Numbered from the stretch's first letter, positions 40,104 through 52,720 are shown. The stretch: 64,000 nucleotides of DNA from Octopus sinensis (GCF_006345805.1 NC_043010.1:34162001-34226000), one strand, 5' to 3'. The notes: generated by a model from the letters alone, not told the origin. Made by a program: numbers and translations.

Positions 40104-42456
40104 GTATATGTATATGTAAAATTTTAAAAAGTAAAAGTGAATTAAAGTTTCTTGAAAAATCAGTTTCCTAAGTCATCGAGGTTCGAACAGCGATGACGGT
40201 GGGGGGGGGATACGTGTAACATCCAACAAAACAGTTAAGTAAACGTTAAGAATATTATTTGATAATTCGGTTCCGCTTAAACTAGATAAGTAAAGGTGCA
40301 TGAGAAAGGTATCAACAGCACAACACGTCCATTCTAGTCCCCCAAATAAAGAAAAGCCCTTGTGAAAAAGTCAAACGGAAATATTTCTATAAAAAAAAAA
40401 GTAGCCTGAGGTCTGAAAATTTCGACGGAATTCAACGACCGAAAAAAATGGTATGACATCCGAATGGAGCAGGGACTTGGTAGTGTATTTTCCTTATTTT
40501 TTTACTAAACACACACACACAATTTATAGACTAGGGACAAAGAAAGGAACCTACATTTTCTGGGGTTAGGATTTTTTTGAGAGGGATTATGATGTTGGAT
40601 GCGCCTCAAGTGTAAAGAAGCGGCTCTATCTGCGTTAAGAAACCTGGACCCACAAATGTGAGAATTACATATTTATATGAATTTACACAATATATTACCG
40701 GTGTATGTGTTAGTATATGTACAATAATTCCATTCGTGTAGAGAGAGGGGGGGGAGATTTGTACAAATACAAATAATTAATGTGAATATATATGTTAGAA
40801 TATAAATGTATACACATATACGTACGTCAATATACAAACCTATATATATATATATAGGTTGGTATACTGACGTACATGTGTGTGTATATATATATATATA
40901 TACATACATATACACAGATACTCACAAACTATGAATACATACACACACACATAGCTATTGTTTATTTTGTTTTAGATTTCTTTTGACTTGTGTGATATCT
41001 ATATTTCTCTTTAGGTACGAGAAAGGACATTTTTGGAGGTGCCAAGACGTTCATTCACACTTTCTACAAGTAACTTTACGTAAGAGCAATAAACGAAATG
41101 CAGTAATTCAAGCAAGAATTGAAACCGCGTAACGGTGTCATACCGCCGGGAGCTTATCCCTTGCTCTATATTGCCTTTGACATCCTTACCAGTCACACTA
41201 AAATGCTAAGTGGTAACAAATTGCATTAAAAGGCCATTTTTTTTATTCACGTTTTTCCCTCTGGAAAGAATGATGTAGCATTTTAAATATCGGGAAATCT
41301 TGTAAAGAAGACTTATTTTCTTCTTTCTTTTCTTTTTGAACCTTCTTGATATTGTAACACGAATAAAAGTACGATCAAAGCCACTACACTGCTGATTAAT
41401 AAACGATCGTTTATTTATTTCTTCTCTTGGCAAATGTAATGATGTTCTTTCATCTAATCACACTTCTTTGCCTATATAATCATTCAATCGAATAGACCAC
41501 TTATATATATATTATATATATATATGGTTTCTGTATGTGTTCTTATCAATATACTTGAGTTAATCGGTGTAATTAAATCATTATTTACTTGTTTGATATG
41601 AAGCATGAGGCTCTTTCTTTTTCTTGTCTCCCCCCCTCCCCCCAGCATTTTCACAATGGGATAAGTTTGAAACGATAATCTCAAATTGCCTGACGTTCAA
41701 ACGTTTCTTGTAAAGAGTGCAGCGTATGTGTAAGTCAGCGATGTGAATTGATTCCAACCGGGGATCGAACCTGGATCGCAGGCTTAAGTGAGCCCCTCCC
41801 CTTCCCATCCTCTTGCTTCAAACAGTGAGGGTCTTATTTTAATGATCATTAATATTTAGCTGCCTAAAAACGCCAATTACAATCATATACGCACGCACTC
41901 TTACACACATATATAGGCACACATTTAATGATGTACATAGATTTCGAATAAAGTTATTCCATTCGGATGCGTGTTTGTGTATATTATATATTTTACATTC
42001 ATATTACTTGACTTCTTTATGAATTTTTATGATCATCGTCAAAACCTTTTATAAAGACCGTTAAACCAACACAATAAACAATGAAGAAAGAAACCTTTCA
42101 TTAAAACGAAACCCTCCGCCTCCCTCACTAATAATCCTTCCTTCCTCTTCGCCTTTCCTCTTTCCTCTCCTCTCACTGTCTGTCTATCTCAGTCTCTCCC
42201 CCCCCTCTCTCTCTATACGACGAAATAAAAGAGGGGGGATGTAATAAACATAACCTACAGGAGGGAAGGTGTGAGGAGATGCATTAACTACCTCCCCTCC
42301 ATCCTCCACATAACTCTTTTTGTTTTCACACTTTCATTAAAGAAAATAAACAAATAAATAAATCATTAATAAAATATAATTAAACAAATCGGAAACAGAT
42401 ATATTTTGAAATTGAGTGTTCTTTTTTAAAAAAAAATTAGGGAAAAAAATACTTAC

Positions 42457-42875
42457 AAGATAAAGGATAGATCTTCACCAAGAAAGAAAAGTACAAAATC
42501 GGAGGAAACGAGTTCCTCCCAAAGGGGAAAAAAAGGCGCAGTGAAACGATGATTGAAAAAATCCGTTTAAAAAAGCATTTGTGTTATAATTTCTTGATGA
42601 GCGTTTAAGGTCTGTTTGTCTGTTCAATGAATACGTTATATGTGTGTTTTTTTAATGGTGTTGAAGTCGGTGTGCCGTCCGTCAAGCCGCTTGGTGAGTG
42701 GCACTTCAACAACATGGGAGTGATGTCGGCAGCGACGACGGCGACAGAGGCTACGACATGGTACAACATACACACATACATGAGCCGAGCATGCCGGGAT
42801 TGCAGTGGCAAACACCAACAGCGACCGAGTGAACCACGAAAGGAGGGGAGGGGCAAAGAGAAAGTGTAAGACTGA
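42457..42875 (-). promoter_or_regulatory. Candidate TSS and non-coding first exon of a minus-strand gene
   Basis: CpG-dense unique sequence; Inr-like TCAGTC on the minus strand at 42870-42875 (also 42923-42928 and 43091-43096); consensus donor GTAAGT at 42456-42451. Confidence 0.45.
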
Positions 42876-45028
42876 GAACGAGAGAGAGAGAGAGAGAGAG
42901 AACAGGAGATGCGTAAGTGTCAGACTGAGAGAGGGAGAAAGAGTGTGTGTGTGTTTGTGAGAGAGAATGTGTGAGACAAAGAAAGGGAGACAGAAAAGAA
43001 AGAGAGCGTGAGAGGGAGAAAGGGAGACAAAGAGAGTATGAAAGAGAGAGAAAAAGAAAGTGTGAAAGAGCAGAAGATGCGTATGTATCAGACTGAGAGA
43101 GGAAGAGAGTGTGTAAAAAGGCAGAGTATGTGAGATGGAGAGAGAAAGAGAAAGCGAGAGTTAACAGAGAAAATAGAAAGATATAAAGTGTATGTGTAAG
43201 AGAGAAAGAGAGAGAGAGAGAGTGAGTGTGTAGCAATGATGGGGCGAAGGTACAGGAAAATAGTTAGAGATAGGAGGAGAGAGAAGTTATGATGAGGAAA
43301 AGGTTCAGGAAATTAGAGTTAAAAACAGAGAGAGAGAGAGACGCGGTAATGAGGCGAAGGTGCAGGAAAAACAGTCCAGGTGTGAGGAGAGTTAGAACTA
43401 GAGAAAGAAAGGAAATAAAAAGCAGCAATAATGAGGCAAAGATGCAGGAAAAAACACAGTTTCTAGGTGTGAGGAGAGTTACAAAGAGAAAGAAAGAGAG
43501 AGGGAGGGAGAGTCTGAGCCGTGAAGGATGAGGCATGTAAATATGTAAAACAAAAACCATGAAAAAGTAATAAAAGAAGAGGGTGGAGAAAGAAAGAAAA
43601 ATAGTATAATGTCAGAGTGTGAAATACATTAGAAAGAAAAAGAGAAACAGGGGAAGAAACAGAGAAGTATGTAAGTAATATAAAAAAAGTGCCTGTGAAG
43701 CGAGGGACAAGAGGTAAGGAGGAGGAACAGAAATACGAAAAGCATTTAGATGTGAGGAAGGAGAATCGAAAGAGTAGAAGTATAAGACGAAGGAGGAGGC
43801 GTGGTGAGGGAGAGAAACGAAAAGCATGTGGATGGGAAACAAAAGTGAGAGAAAGAGTAAAGAGTAAAGAAAGAGAGAGAAGAAAGGCAATTGGGTGTGA
43901 AGAAAAAGAGAGGGAAAGGAGAAGAGACAGAGGGAAAGTTCAGAGACAGAAAAAAAGAGGAAATGAGAGAGAGAGAGGAGAAAAATCAGTGATACAAAAA
44001 AAGGAAGAAAAGGAGTGGAAAAAGAAGTATCAAAGGAGTGAGAAACAGAGAAAGAAGGAAGAAGAGAAGGTAAAAAACGTAATAAAAACGACCGAGTGGG
44101 AAAGTTCAGAGACGGACAGGAAGTACAAAAGGGGCGGAGGGAAACAGAAACCGCTTATGTGAAAGAAGAGACAGGCATAGGAGAGAAGGGAGAAGGCGTA
44201 AAAGTGAAGAGAGAGTGGCAGAAGAGCATACTAATCAAAGAGTGAGAAAAAGAGTGGTAGGAAAAGTGAAGGACTGTAGGTGTAAGGAGAGGAGCAGGCG
44301 AGAAACGGATGGGGAAGAGAAGCATGTAAAATAAAAGAAAGTAAGGAAGAAAAGTGAGATAAGACACTGTGAAGAGAATAGGAGTGGAAGAAACAGTAAG
44401 GGGAGGAGGAAAGCTCAGAAAAGAAAATATATGGAGATATTGCCAGAGACGGAAAAAGAGATAGAATGTAGAACTAGAGGAGTGAGGGAGAGCAGTAGTA
44501 AGAGGAACGAAGGTACAGAGGAAACGACGAAAAGATTGGACCACCCCCTCTGTCAAAAGAAAAAGAGGAAGAGTGGAACGGAGAAACGAAGGTGCAAGGG
44601 AAAAAACAAAAGGGGTTGCGGAAAGAGATTAAGAAACATAAACAATGGAGAATCTATATAAGAACATTAGAGACAGGGGGTAAAAAAAAATGCATGATGA
44701 TTTAGAGAGAGAGCTGAAAATGTAGTGGGAGTGAGAAAGCTCTAGCAAACGAATGTGAGAGAGCGCGCACGAAAAAGTAAAATGTAAAGAATGAATGAGG
44801 GAAGAGAAAAGGTAAAGAAGAGTAAAAGAGGGCTGCAGAGTGTGGGAGAAGGGAGAAAAGAATCAGAGAAAGAGAGAGAGAGAGAGAAAAAAGATAAGGG
44901 AAACTGTAGTAAGGGAAAAGCATGAAAGAAGTAAAGGAGAGTAAAAAGAAAGGCTAAATAATAATGTGGCGACAGTATAGAAAACAGTAGGAAGGAATAA
45001 GAGGAAAGAGAAAGAGAAAAATGAAGGA

Positions 45029-45068
<40 letters not shown>

Positions 45069-45250
45069 CATACAGGGAAAAAGGTTAGGATACTAGAGAG
45101 AGGGAGAGAGAGACATAAGAAGTCAGAGGGAGGAGAGTGAGAAAACAAGGCGAGTTGAAGGATGGATATATATATATATGTGAAGTGTATAAAAAATAGT
45201 AGGTTGGTAACGGAAGAGGAAACCGATATGTAAAAAGATGGAGAGAACCG
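42840..45250 (+). repeat. ~2.4-kb polypurine/polypyrimidine low-complexity tract
   Basis: Plus strand is overwhelmingly A/G, with (GA)n runs and short internal repeats. Confidence 0.85.
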
Positions 45251-46068
45251 AAAATATTTTTTAAAAAAATAAGGTTTTTTTACACTCGCAAACACCGTTT
45301 ATTATATACATATAAGCATATACAAAGAGAAAGACAAATTATACATGTGTGTGTATATCATTTATATCACATATCACATTCATATCACATTTTCCTCTTT
45401 CTTTCTTCTCACCCTGTCGCCCCTCTCATACCCAGCACACGCATACATACATTATTTATAAAAGATAGATATGTACTTTATGAGCCCAAATATATAAAGG
45501 ATATATGCACTATTAAGAGGTACAAATTTATATTATTCTTTCTCTCCTTCATAGTTTATAATAGTATAGTATAATTATAGTATAGTCTAATATATCACAC
45601 ATAATATATACGTGTGTATGTGAGTGTGTATATGTATATCGTGACAGAAAGATTGACAGAAACAAAGAGGTTGATAGAGATCTACAGAGAAAGGAGGAAA
45701 AGTGGCTGGTAGTAGATAAAAAGAGAAGCAGAATATTGAAGGAGACAGAGAGGGGAGAAGCATGTAAAAAGCAGGTAGTGTAAAACAGGCTGAAAAAGGT
45801 GCAGGCGGAGGAGGAAGCTGGATAAAGGAGAAGGAGGATGTGGAAGAGGGGGGGTACAATGATGTATGTATGTATAAACAATATTATATACATACTGATA
45901 TATCTCATGTATTATATACAATGAAAACCTGGGTATGTCCTTTGGGCTTACTATCACCAACTTATATATATACTGCGTGAAAGTATATTTATGTATATAT
46001 ATATATATATATATATATGTATGGGTGGGGGAGGGGGTGTATATGTATACATGTATATATATAGCTGA

Positions 46069-46100
<32 letters not shown>

Positions 46101-46146
46101 CATACATCTATCTATATATTTGTATATACACACACATATATGTATG

Positions 46147-46190
<44 letters not shown>

Positions 46191-46207
46191 ATATATATAT
46201 ATATATT

Positions 46208-46788
46208 CTACATTATATATATACATACATACATACACATATATACACATACAATATATATATGATATATATATATATATATATAACATGATCTCTCTCT
46301 TTCTCTCTCTATCTATTTATCTATCTATCTATATGTGTGTATGTATACATACACACTATATTTTATTTATATGTATGCATCATACATATATATATATATA
46401 TATACATACATACATACATATATATAATATATATACATACATACATACATACATATATGTATGTATGTATTTACTGTAATATATATACATATATAATACA
46501 TATTTGTAAATAATATATATGTATATTGATACATGTATACATATGTATGTGTGTATATATATATATATTATATATATAATATATATATATATATCTACAT
46601 TATATATATACATACATACATACACATATATACACTACAATATATATATGATATATATTATATATATATATAACATGATCTCTCTCTTTCTCTCTCTATC
46701 TATTTATCTATCTATATGTGTGTATGTATACATACACACTATATTTTATTTATATGTATGCATCATACATATATATATATATATATAC

Positions 46789-46819
<31 letters not shown>

Positions 46820-46929
46820 CATACATACATACATACATATATGTATGTATGTATTTACTGTAATATATATACATATATAATACATATTTGTAAATAATAT
46901 ATATGTATTATTGATACATGTATACATAT

Positions 46930-46940
<11 letters not shown>
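46208..46940 (+). repeat. ~387-bp tandem duplication of a compound microsatellite
   Basis: aacatgatctctctc at 46285 and 46672; tttgtaaataat at 46503 and 46887. Confidence 0.85.
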
Positions 46941-46972
<32 letters not shown>

Positions 46973-48429
46973 CATATATGAATACACACACATATATATA
47001 CAGATATGAATATGCATACATATACGTACATATAAATGAATATACATATGTACATAAATACATACATATATATGTGTGTGTGTATATTTATGTACGTATG
47101 TATATTCATTTATATGTATGCATATTCATATATATACTTATTCATATATATATATGATTTAGCCAAGACCATGCTGTAGCACTGCCTTTAAGTATTACAT
47201 TTTATACACGAGAGCATATGTATCAATGTACTTACTAAAAAAAAAAGAGAGAGAAAAAGAACTAAACAAACTTCGCCTTACAACAGATTTTGAGTGGAAC
47301 GAACGGTGTGTAGAATGGAAAGTGGAAAAATAGGGGAGTGGAAATGTTAGCCAAGCCACTGGGATAAATGTATGCGTTACGTTGTTATTGAAAAGAAAGG
47401 TGGTCGGGAGACAGATTGTTTAGGAAAAAGAAAAAGTAACTAACAAGCATACAAAAAAAAACCCCCCGAAATTGCTGTCATCTGTTTATGGAAAAGTAAA
47501 GCTAGTTTTCTCATCCCAAACATATGTAAAAACTCAAATATGATAAAAAACAACAACAATAAAAACCCTTTGGGAAGACATTTTTACAGTTAGATATAAA
47601 GATGAAGTGTGACTAGTAAACTGTGAGTTGAAGTAAGGTGGGAGAGGGTTAAACCAGAAAAATGGAGAAAAAAAATCCTTGCCGTAGAGAAGTGAGCAGA
47701 AGTGGGAGAAAGCCTAATCATTTTCAGTAGTCGGAGATAGGAATTATACATACATACATACATACATACATGTATATATTTCACACACACACATACACAC
47801 ACACACGTATATATACACATACATATACATATACTAATATGCACACACACACACACACAGACATATATATATATATATATATATATACATACACACATTT
47901 GTGCATGTGTATGTATATATATATGTATATATATGTATGTATACCTGTGTATCTACACGCGCATGCACACGCACACACCCCTCACTATCATCAGTTCAGC
48001 TAGTGAGCTGTAACCATGCTTTGCATAAATATAAATATTACATTTTTGTATGTACACACACATATATAAAATATGTATATATATATATATATATATATAC
48101 ATATATGTGTGTGTGTGTGGTGTATGTATGTATGCAAGAGAGAAGGTTTTATATATAGATATTAATTATTTCATATAGGTGTAAAACGATTGCTCATGAT
48201 ATATGCAGATAAAAATTCATTACATGAGAAAGAGTAGACAAAAATCACCCACTAGAATCGAACCGTGAGTCTGCTTCAGACTGGACGGCAGCAATATCAC
48301 TGCAGCAGAGAGACTTACTGCTTTTAACCGTGAAATTAGAAGCTTTAATCTTGCAAGCGAGAAAGAAATTTTATTTTAGATCGTATTTTGAAGTTCTGAG
48401 AAGTTTGAAAATAGGTCTTTTTACAAAGT

Positions 48430-48900
48430 GCTAGCTAGCCGATTCAATTTAATTCTCTGTGTTCTGATGTTGCCAATGATAACCCTTTGTATTTGCAGAC
48501 CTGAGAGGTTCTCTTCTTATTTGTTCTACCATGTGTTCAAGGGTTTGGAAAGTCTTGGTGAATGCCAACCTTACGGAGTGACTGGGTGGTCTTATTACAC
48601 GGTTGAGCCATCTCAGTCTCTTCTCTCTTATAATCTCAGTTATGGTGTCTGTCATTTGAAGAGCTTTATTATAGAAATACTTCTACGTCTGTCTAGTAAT
48701 GATATCCTTAATATAGACTGCAATTTGCATGTGTCTGAGACATAGATTACGATCTGGAAAAAGAAGCTGTAAAACCTAACTTTGTATCATTGGCTGATAT
48801 CCCGACAGTTCCAGATCGTGTTTCTTAGTCTTCCAAACACCTTAGATGCTAGTGTCACCCTTCTTTTCACATTTCACAATCTATTTGCCTGTGTACAGCT
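48430..48900 (-). mobile_element. Decayed RTE-clade LINE ORF C-terminal fragment
   Basis: RVTLASKVFGRLRNTIWNCRDIS (cf. RIxKASxAFGRL..W) and TEIIREKRLRWLNRVIR (cf. RRLRWLGHVxR). Confidence 0.7.
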
Positions 48901-49404
48901 GAGAAACAATCTGTTTGTTTTCTGGCAGTACAGAGCTGCCGAGAAACAGAATTATCAAATTGTGTGATTCTGAAATAGAATACAATATTGCTCTACTTCA
49001 GAACACTCTTGTGTTCTACTTCAAAACCATGCAATGTGATAATTTCTTTGCTACTTGGTAGTATTTGGCACATCACACCGTTTATCTTCATTCTCCATTC
49101 TTTTCACATGCTTCGACTAACTGTTCAGTGGATATTTTCAACTAGTCAAAAAATCGTTGATGGAAAAGGCAGTAAAAAGAATAATGAAATCGTAAAATCT
49201 CTGGTATAGATGTCATCAATACTGAAGTACTAAAAATAGGAGAAGAGCAAATGGTTAATGTTACTCATAATATTTAATGCAGTATGAACAGAAATGATAC
49301 CAAAAGACTGCACTCGTATGCTAATAAAATTAATACATAAAAAGGGTGACAAATCGAAAACTCAATACTGCTGAGCAATTTCTCTTTTATTAATATTGAG
49401 AAGA

Positions 49405-49760
49405 AAGCGCGGTGAGCTGGCAGAATTGTTAGGATGCTGGATAAAATGCTTAGCGGCATTTCTTCTGATTTTACGTTCAGAGTTCAAATTCCCCAAAAGT
49501 CAACTTTGGGGCTCGATAAAATAAGCATAAGAAGAGTACTGAGGTTGATGTGGTCAACTTACCTGCAACCCTGAATTTGTTGGCCTTGTACCAAAATTTG
49601 ATACTAATAATAGGGGCAGAGGTGAATAAGCCAGGCAAAATGCTCAGCAGCATATCATCTGAGTTCAGTTTCTGGCACGGTTGATTTTGCCTTTCATCTT
49701 TTTGGTGGGGTTGATGAAATAAGTACCAGCTGAGCACTGGGGTCAGTGTAATTGACTTAC
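49405..49760 (+). mobile_element. Two tandem SINE family C copies
   Basis: aaaatgcttagcggcatt..gagttcaaattcc and a second aaaatgctcagcagcat..ttgcctttcatc..aataagtaccagctgagcactggggtc. Confidence 0.8.
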
Positions 49761-50164
49761 ATACATACACACACACACACACATCTATATATATATATAT
49801 ATACATATACATACATATATATATACACATATATATACATCAAATTAGGCAATCGTACTCATACAGTTATAAATTCGACTTAAAATGCACATACATATAT
49901 TAAATACATATCGACACATGTATATTTTTTAAAATAGTTATAAAATATGAATATAAATATACATAAAAATACATGTAAATAAAACCCATGTGGGATACGT
50001 ATGAAAGGAAGTGTGAAAAAATGAGAACTGATAAAAAATTTTTTTTCTACTAAAATTAAGAGCAGTTAAGAGTTTCAATTAAAAGATCCACAAAAATTTA
50101 TGTGTTTTTTTTTTTTAAAATATAAATGACATATAAGATATATAATACAGTTCGAGGAAGTCCA

Positions 50165-50255
50165 CTTTCTACGGCCGTTTCCAGAGTTCATCTGGTAGAA
50201 AAATTAATAAAAAATATTACAAACCATGCAGACAAAGTCCCATTCATCAGGAAAG
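50165..50255 (-). ncRNA. Type I hammerhead ribozyme motif with long helix II
   Basis: Minus strand: CTTTC-CTGATGA-[~60-nt helix II region]-GAAA-CGGCCGT-A-GAAAG; 5-bp helix I, palindromic helix III ACGGCCGU, GUA cleavage triplet. Confidence 0.7.
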
Positions 50256-50420
50256 GTATCCTCATAAAATCACATTCTTGATACTTTGTACAAAAAATTT
50301 TTATCAGTTCTTTTTCTCACACTTTCTTTCATACATATCCAACATAGGTTTTATTTACATGTTTTTTTTTATGTATATTCATATTTATATTTTATAAATA
50401 TTAAAAAAAATATTCATATA

Positions 50421-50812
50421 GGCGCAGGAATGGCTGTGTGGTAAGTAGCTTGTTTACCAACCACATGGTTCCGGGTTCAGTCCCACTGCGTGGCACCTTG
50501 GGCAAGTGTCTTCTACTATAGCCTCGGGCCGACCAATGCCTTGTGAGTAGACGGAAACTGAAAGAAGCCCGTCGTATATATGTATATATATGTATGTTTG
50601 TGTGTCTGTGTTTGTCCCCCTAGCATTGCTTGACAACCGATGCTGGTGTGTTTATGTCCCCGTCACTTAGCGGTTCGGCAAAAGAGACCGATAGAATATG
50701 TACTGGGCTTACAAAGAATAAGTCCCGGGGTCGATTTGCTCGACTAAAGGCGGTGCTCCAGCATGGCCACAGTCAAATGACTGGAACAAGTAAAAGAGTA
50801 AAAGAGAAAGAG
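50421..50812 (+). mobile_element. Young full-length SINE family A
   Basis: CpG-intact ggcgcagg head through the gtaaaagagtaaaagag tail; interrupts the inverted-repeat arm. Confidence 0.95.
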
Positions 50813-51080
50813 TATATGTGTCGATATGTATTAATATATGTATGCACATTTTAAGTCGAATTTATAACTGTAAGAGTATGATTGCCTAATTTGAGTTTAT
50901 ATCTTAATTCCTATCTTTTTTCTCGGGTTCAACCCCAGGACTTCTTAAGCAGTTCTATATTTTTCATAAGAAAGGACAATAATATTATATATACATATAT
51001 ATAGTTTATATCCAGCTAAATGAAGAAAAGTAAATGGAGAGTAGAAAGTTAATAATTATTTATTCTTAACAATTTGGTCA

Positions 51081-51170
51081 TCTTACAGCCATTTCAATTA
51101 ATACTCAATAATTTAATTACAAATTTGTGCATTAAATTTGCATGCAACATGAGCATAATTTCATCAGAGA
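51081..51170 (-). ncRNA. Type I hammerhead ribozyme motif with long helix II
   Basis: Minus strand: TCT-CTGATGA-AATTATGCTCA...TGAGTATTAATT-GAAA-TGGCTGT-A-AGA; 11-bp helix II with one bulge; downstream AATAAA. Confidence 0.6.
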
Positions 51171-51291
51171 ATGTTACATGCCGACCTATCAGTTCATTTC
51201 CGCAGACTCATTCCCCAATAATACTAGGTATTGAACCAGTATTTCTTTAGATGTAACAATCCCTTTGCAAGGTTAACATATCCCCTAAATG

Positions 51292-51413
51292 AATATCACG
51301 TGATCACGTGACCAACCAGACCATCAGATGTTGTTACACATCGCTGGTCACAATGCGTTCGCATTGTTTTAGCCTTCGAATGACGCCACCCCGCTGGCTA
51401 AGCGAGCAGGCCA
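51292..51413. repeat. Short CpG-rich fragment, probably an interspersed repeat (unclassified)
   Basis: CpG-intact island (cacgtgatcacgtg..gcgagcaggcc) abutting (TA)n; single copy in this window. Confidence 0.35.
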
Positions 51414-51662
51414 AAATTAATATACATATATATATATATATATATAAACAATGAAGGGTAACTGTGGTTTTGAGCTGTTTTGACTGCTATCTTTAGCATG
51501 CTGGTGCTACAAGTAGTACCATTCGTTATTAATTGATAATTTTGCCTTAATGGTTCTTTTGTGCATGCTAACTGATATGATAGTAAATTATTAACAGTAA
51601 TATCCTTATATATGTATGTGTGTGTGTGTGTGTATACATATATATGTATATATATTCATACA

Positions 51663-51695
<33 letters not shown>

Positions 51696-51734
51696 GTATG
51701 AATATATGTGTGTGCATATATATATATATATACA

Positions 51735-52513
51735 TAGGGTGTCAAAAAAAAATGTATATACACTTTGAATAATTGTAAAGTAGGTGTTTATTAAAATACA
51801 TTTCATTTTCAAAATTTAATGGAATCTACAGATGTTATTTTATTGTTTTGTCAATGCCCATTTTCAAACTGACGTCCGTTCTGGTCCAATTACTGCTGAC
51901 AACGCAAAACAATGGAATCGCAAACATCACGAAACAATTCATTTGGTACTTGTGCACATTCTCGTTCAATGGCTGCTGTCAAATCAGCGATTGTCGCAGG
52001 TTTCATTGTGTAGACTTTGTCTTTTAGGTATCCCCATTAAAAAAAGTCTAGTGGTGTGAGGTCTGGTGAACGCGGAGGGTATTCAACGAAACCCCTTTGT
52101 CCAATCCACGTGTTTGGCAGGATCTCATCAAGGAAGGATCTAACATAGCGATGGTAGTGTGGGGGTGCCCCATCTTGCTGAAAATAAAACTCTTCATCTT
52201 CAAAGTCTTCTCTAATGCGTTAGACAGACAATTTTGGAATACCTGCCTCATGACTCGCTTACTGCACAGAGTTTCTTGGACTTTGGTGATACTTTTCCAG
52301 TCCTCCTTGCTTTGTGGGGGTTGTTGATGCTCGTGGTCTTCTTGAATGCTTCTCTTGGACATTCTGAACAGTTCCATTGGCTTTAAACTTATCTCTAATT
52401 CGAGTGATCATGAGCCACATTGGTGAATCTGTTTGAAATTCCCTCCTAAACTGTCTTTGCACTTCAACTGCGTTTTCACACTTCCAGTAGCATTTTAGAA
52501 TGAGTATATGCAA
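51735..52513 (-). mobile_element. Internally deleted Tc1/mariner DD41D (rosa/Visitor-type) transposon, transposase pseudogene
   Basis: N-terminus VEVQRQFRREF..RIRDKFKANGTV..RRPR; C-terminus FQQDGAPPHY..WIGQRG..YPPRSPDLTPLDFF*WGYLKDKVY; D2 (52172-74) and D3 (52046-48) are separated by 41 residues; terminus AGGGTGTC at about 51736. Confidence 0.9.
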
Positions 52514-52720
52514 TGTATATATGTAAATGTTTACATAAATATATGATTAGATTTAATAATTACAGATATACATTAGAAGTAAAATCAGACAATATTCATA
52601 ACCAAAAAAAATAATGGCAATTCTTTGTTATTGGTACATGACATCATTCACACACACAAACTTCCTTTATGTGAAAAAGAGTAGACCAATATCGAAGGAT
52701 CGCCAAAATATTTATACATT

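Larger units (their letters stand above)
49840..50894. repeat. Long imperfect inverted repeat (~210-bp arms) around a hammerhead-containing spacer; right arm split by a SINE
   Basis: Left arm 49840-~50050 (tcaaattaggcaatc..gaactgataaaaaatt) is the reverse complement of ~50288-50418 plus 50814-50894. Confidence 0.9.

Noticed and set aside
41745-41795. Minus-strand GGTTCGATCCC B-box
   Set aside because: No A-box or D-arm and no acceptor stem; insufficient for a tRNA or SINE call
42751-45295. K/E/R-rich and L/S/F-rich ORFs (e.g. 43689-44162)
   Set aside because: By-product of the polypurine tract; no domain and no splice support
32965-47157. Numerous YI/HT/CV-rich ORFs
   Set aside because: Stop-free frames of (TA)n/(CA)n/(TG)n microsatellites
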